This document shows, one piece after another, positions 63,471-64,000 of a DNA stretch of 64,000 nucleotides. The notes under the pieces are model-generated. The model worked only from the letters and a program-made list of their open reading frames with translations. It searched no databases and had not been told where the DNA came from. The translations under genes were made by a program, and so were the position numbers. How positions within the stretch are numbered: position 1 is the first letter of the stretch; each line of letters starts with the position of its first letter. The stretch spans positions 3,779 to 67,778 of IMG/VR virus record IMGVR_UViG_3300031578_004185; one strand, written 5' to 3'. Source of the stretch: a virus.

Positions 63471-64000
63471 CGTACCTCCTCTCCAATCCGAGCAGGAGTA
63501 CACCCCTGGGACAACAGGTAGTCTCTTGTATTCACAATCATCTCCCAAGTCTCGTCAATACTCTGCTGTGTCAACCTGATAATTCGCACCGTAGCACTAG
63601 CGGTTGGTGGTCTACTGGACAGATGACCAGACACATAACACACGAGATCGGTTTCTGCCAAGTAACAGTACGCCCTGACTTGCTGGAGGTGGGAGAGTGG
63701 TATCTCTCCGCTGAGAGTAAACCGCAACTTGGTCTCGCAGACCAACCACCCTAGATCGGGTAGCCACATAACCCCATCCAGTGAACCAAGTATACCATCC
63801 TTTTCCTGCTCCATGTCAGGGACATAGACACCCCCCTTGGATAGAGCATAATCTGTAAGGTAGCGGTCTACCACTGCCTCCCAGATACGCCCCATACTCA
63901 TAATCCCTTTCGGTTCGCCTTCGTACTCATAATATTGGATGTCGCCCTTGGCTATCCTAGTAGCAGACTGGAGCAGGTTCGACACATGCCACTTAGAATA
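63467..64000 (-). CDS. PD-(D/E)XK exonuclease (Cas4/RecB-like), 5' partial
   Basis: HVS.L, GSLDG...VCETK, QVRAY; frame open to the window edge. Confidence 0.8.
   Translation of the reverse strand, partial: YSKWHVSNLLQSATRIAKGDIQYYEYEGEPKGIMSMGRIWEAVVDRYLTDYALSKGGVYVPDMEQEKDGILGSLDGVMWLPDLGWLVCETKLRFTLSGEIPLSHLQQVRAYCYLAETDLVCYVSGHLSSRPPTASATVRIIRLTQQSIDETWEMIVNTRDYLLSQGCTPARIGEEVR

Noticed and set aside
1-64000. tRNA, rRNA, integrase/att sites, lysis genes
   Set aside because: None recognised by eye; a tRNAscan or HMM search could still find divergent ones

Overview
The window is about 64 kb of a large, apparently non-tailed dsDNA virus (or proviral element) of a bacterium. Canonical sigma70 TTGACA-17/18-TAnnnT promoters, GGAGG ribosome-binding sites, a family A polymerase and DUF5679/DUF5320-like genes point to a bacterial host, possibly Chloroflexota/Dehalococcoidia (inference). 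Layout: (i) 1-3.5 kb, a divergent family B polymerase interrupted by a lower-GC cassette containing an HTH gene, a solitary RAMP (Cas7/Csm3-like) gene, two 5-nt-periodic arrays (3 semi-fixed + 2 variable nt) and a PD-(D/E)XK nuclease; the variable dinucleotides of array 1 spell codon positions 1-2 of a homolog of the neighbouring polB gene; (ii) an ori-like repeat/Z-DNA/G4 element at 4.1-4.25 kb; (iii) + strand accessory genes and an array of tiny basic paralogous proteins (4.4-15.2 kb); (iv) a 17 kb minus-strand glycan synthesis/modification cluster; (v) a membrane-type morphogenesis module with a Zot/pI-like ATPase, a 61-aa two-helix protein resembling spindle-shaped-virus major capsid proteins (own promoter and terminator), beta-propeller and LamG ectodomain proteins, and a 1809-aa protein; (vi) a second array of basic proteins, several sharing a C-terminal PTS[MVL]RG[IV]RR tag; (vii) a replication/recombination arm (UDG-PolA fusion, phosphoesterase, two MTases, ERCC4 nuclease, AAA recombinase, PD-(D/E)XK exonuclease). 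No terminase, portal, HK97 capsid, tail, lysin, integrase, tRNA or CRISPR array was recognised. All annotation is by eye, without database searches.
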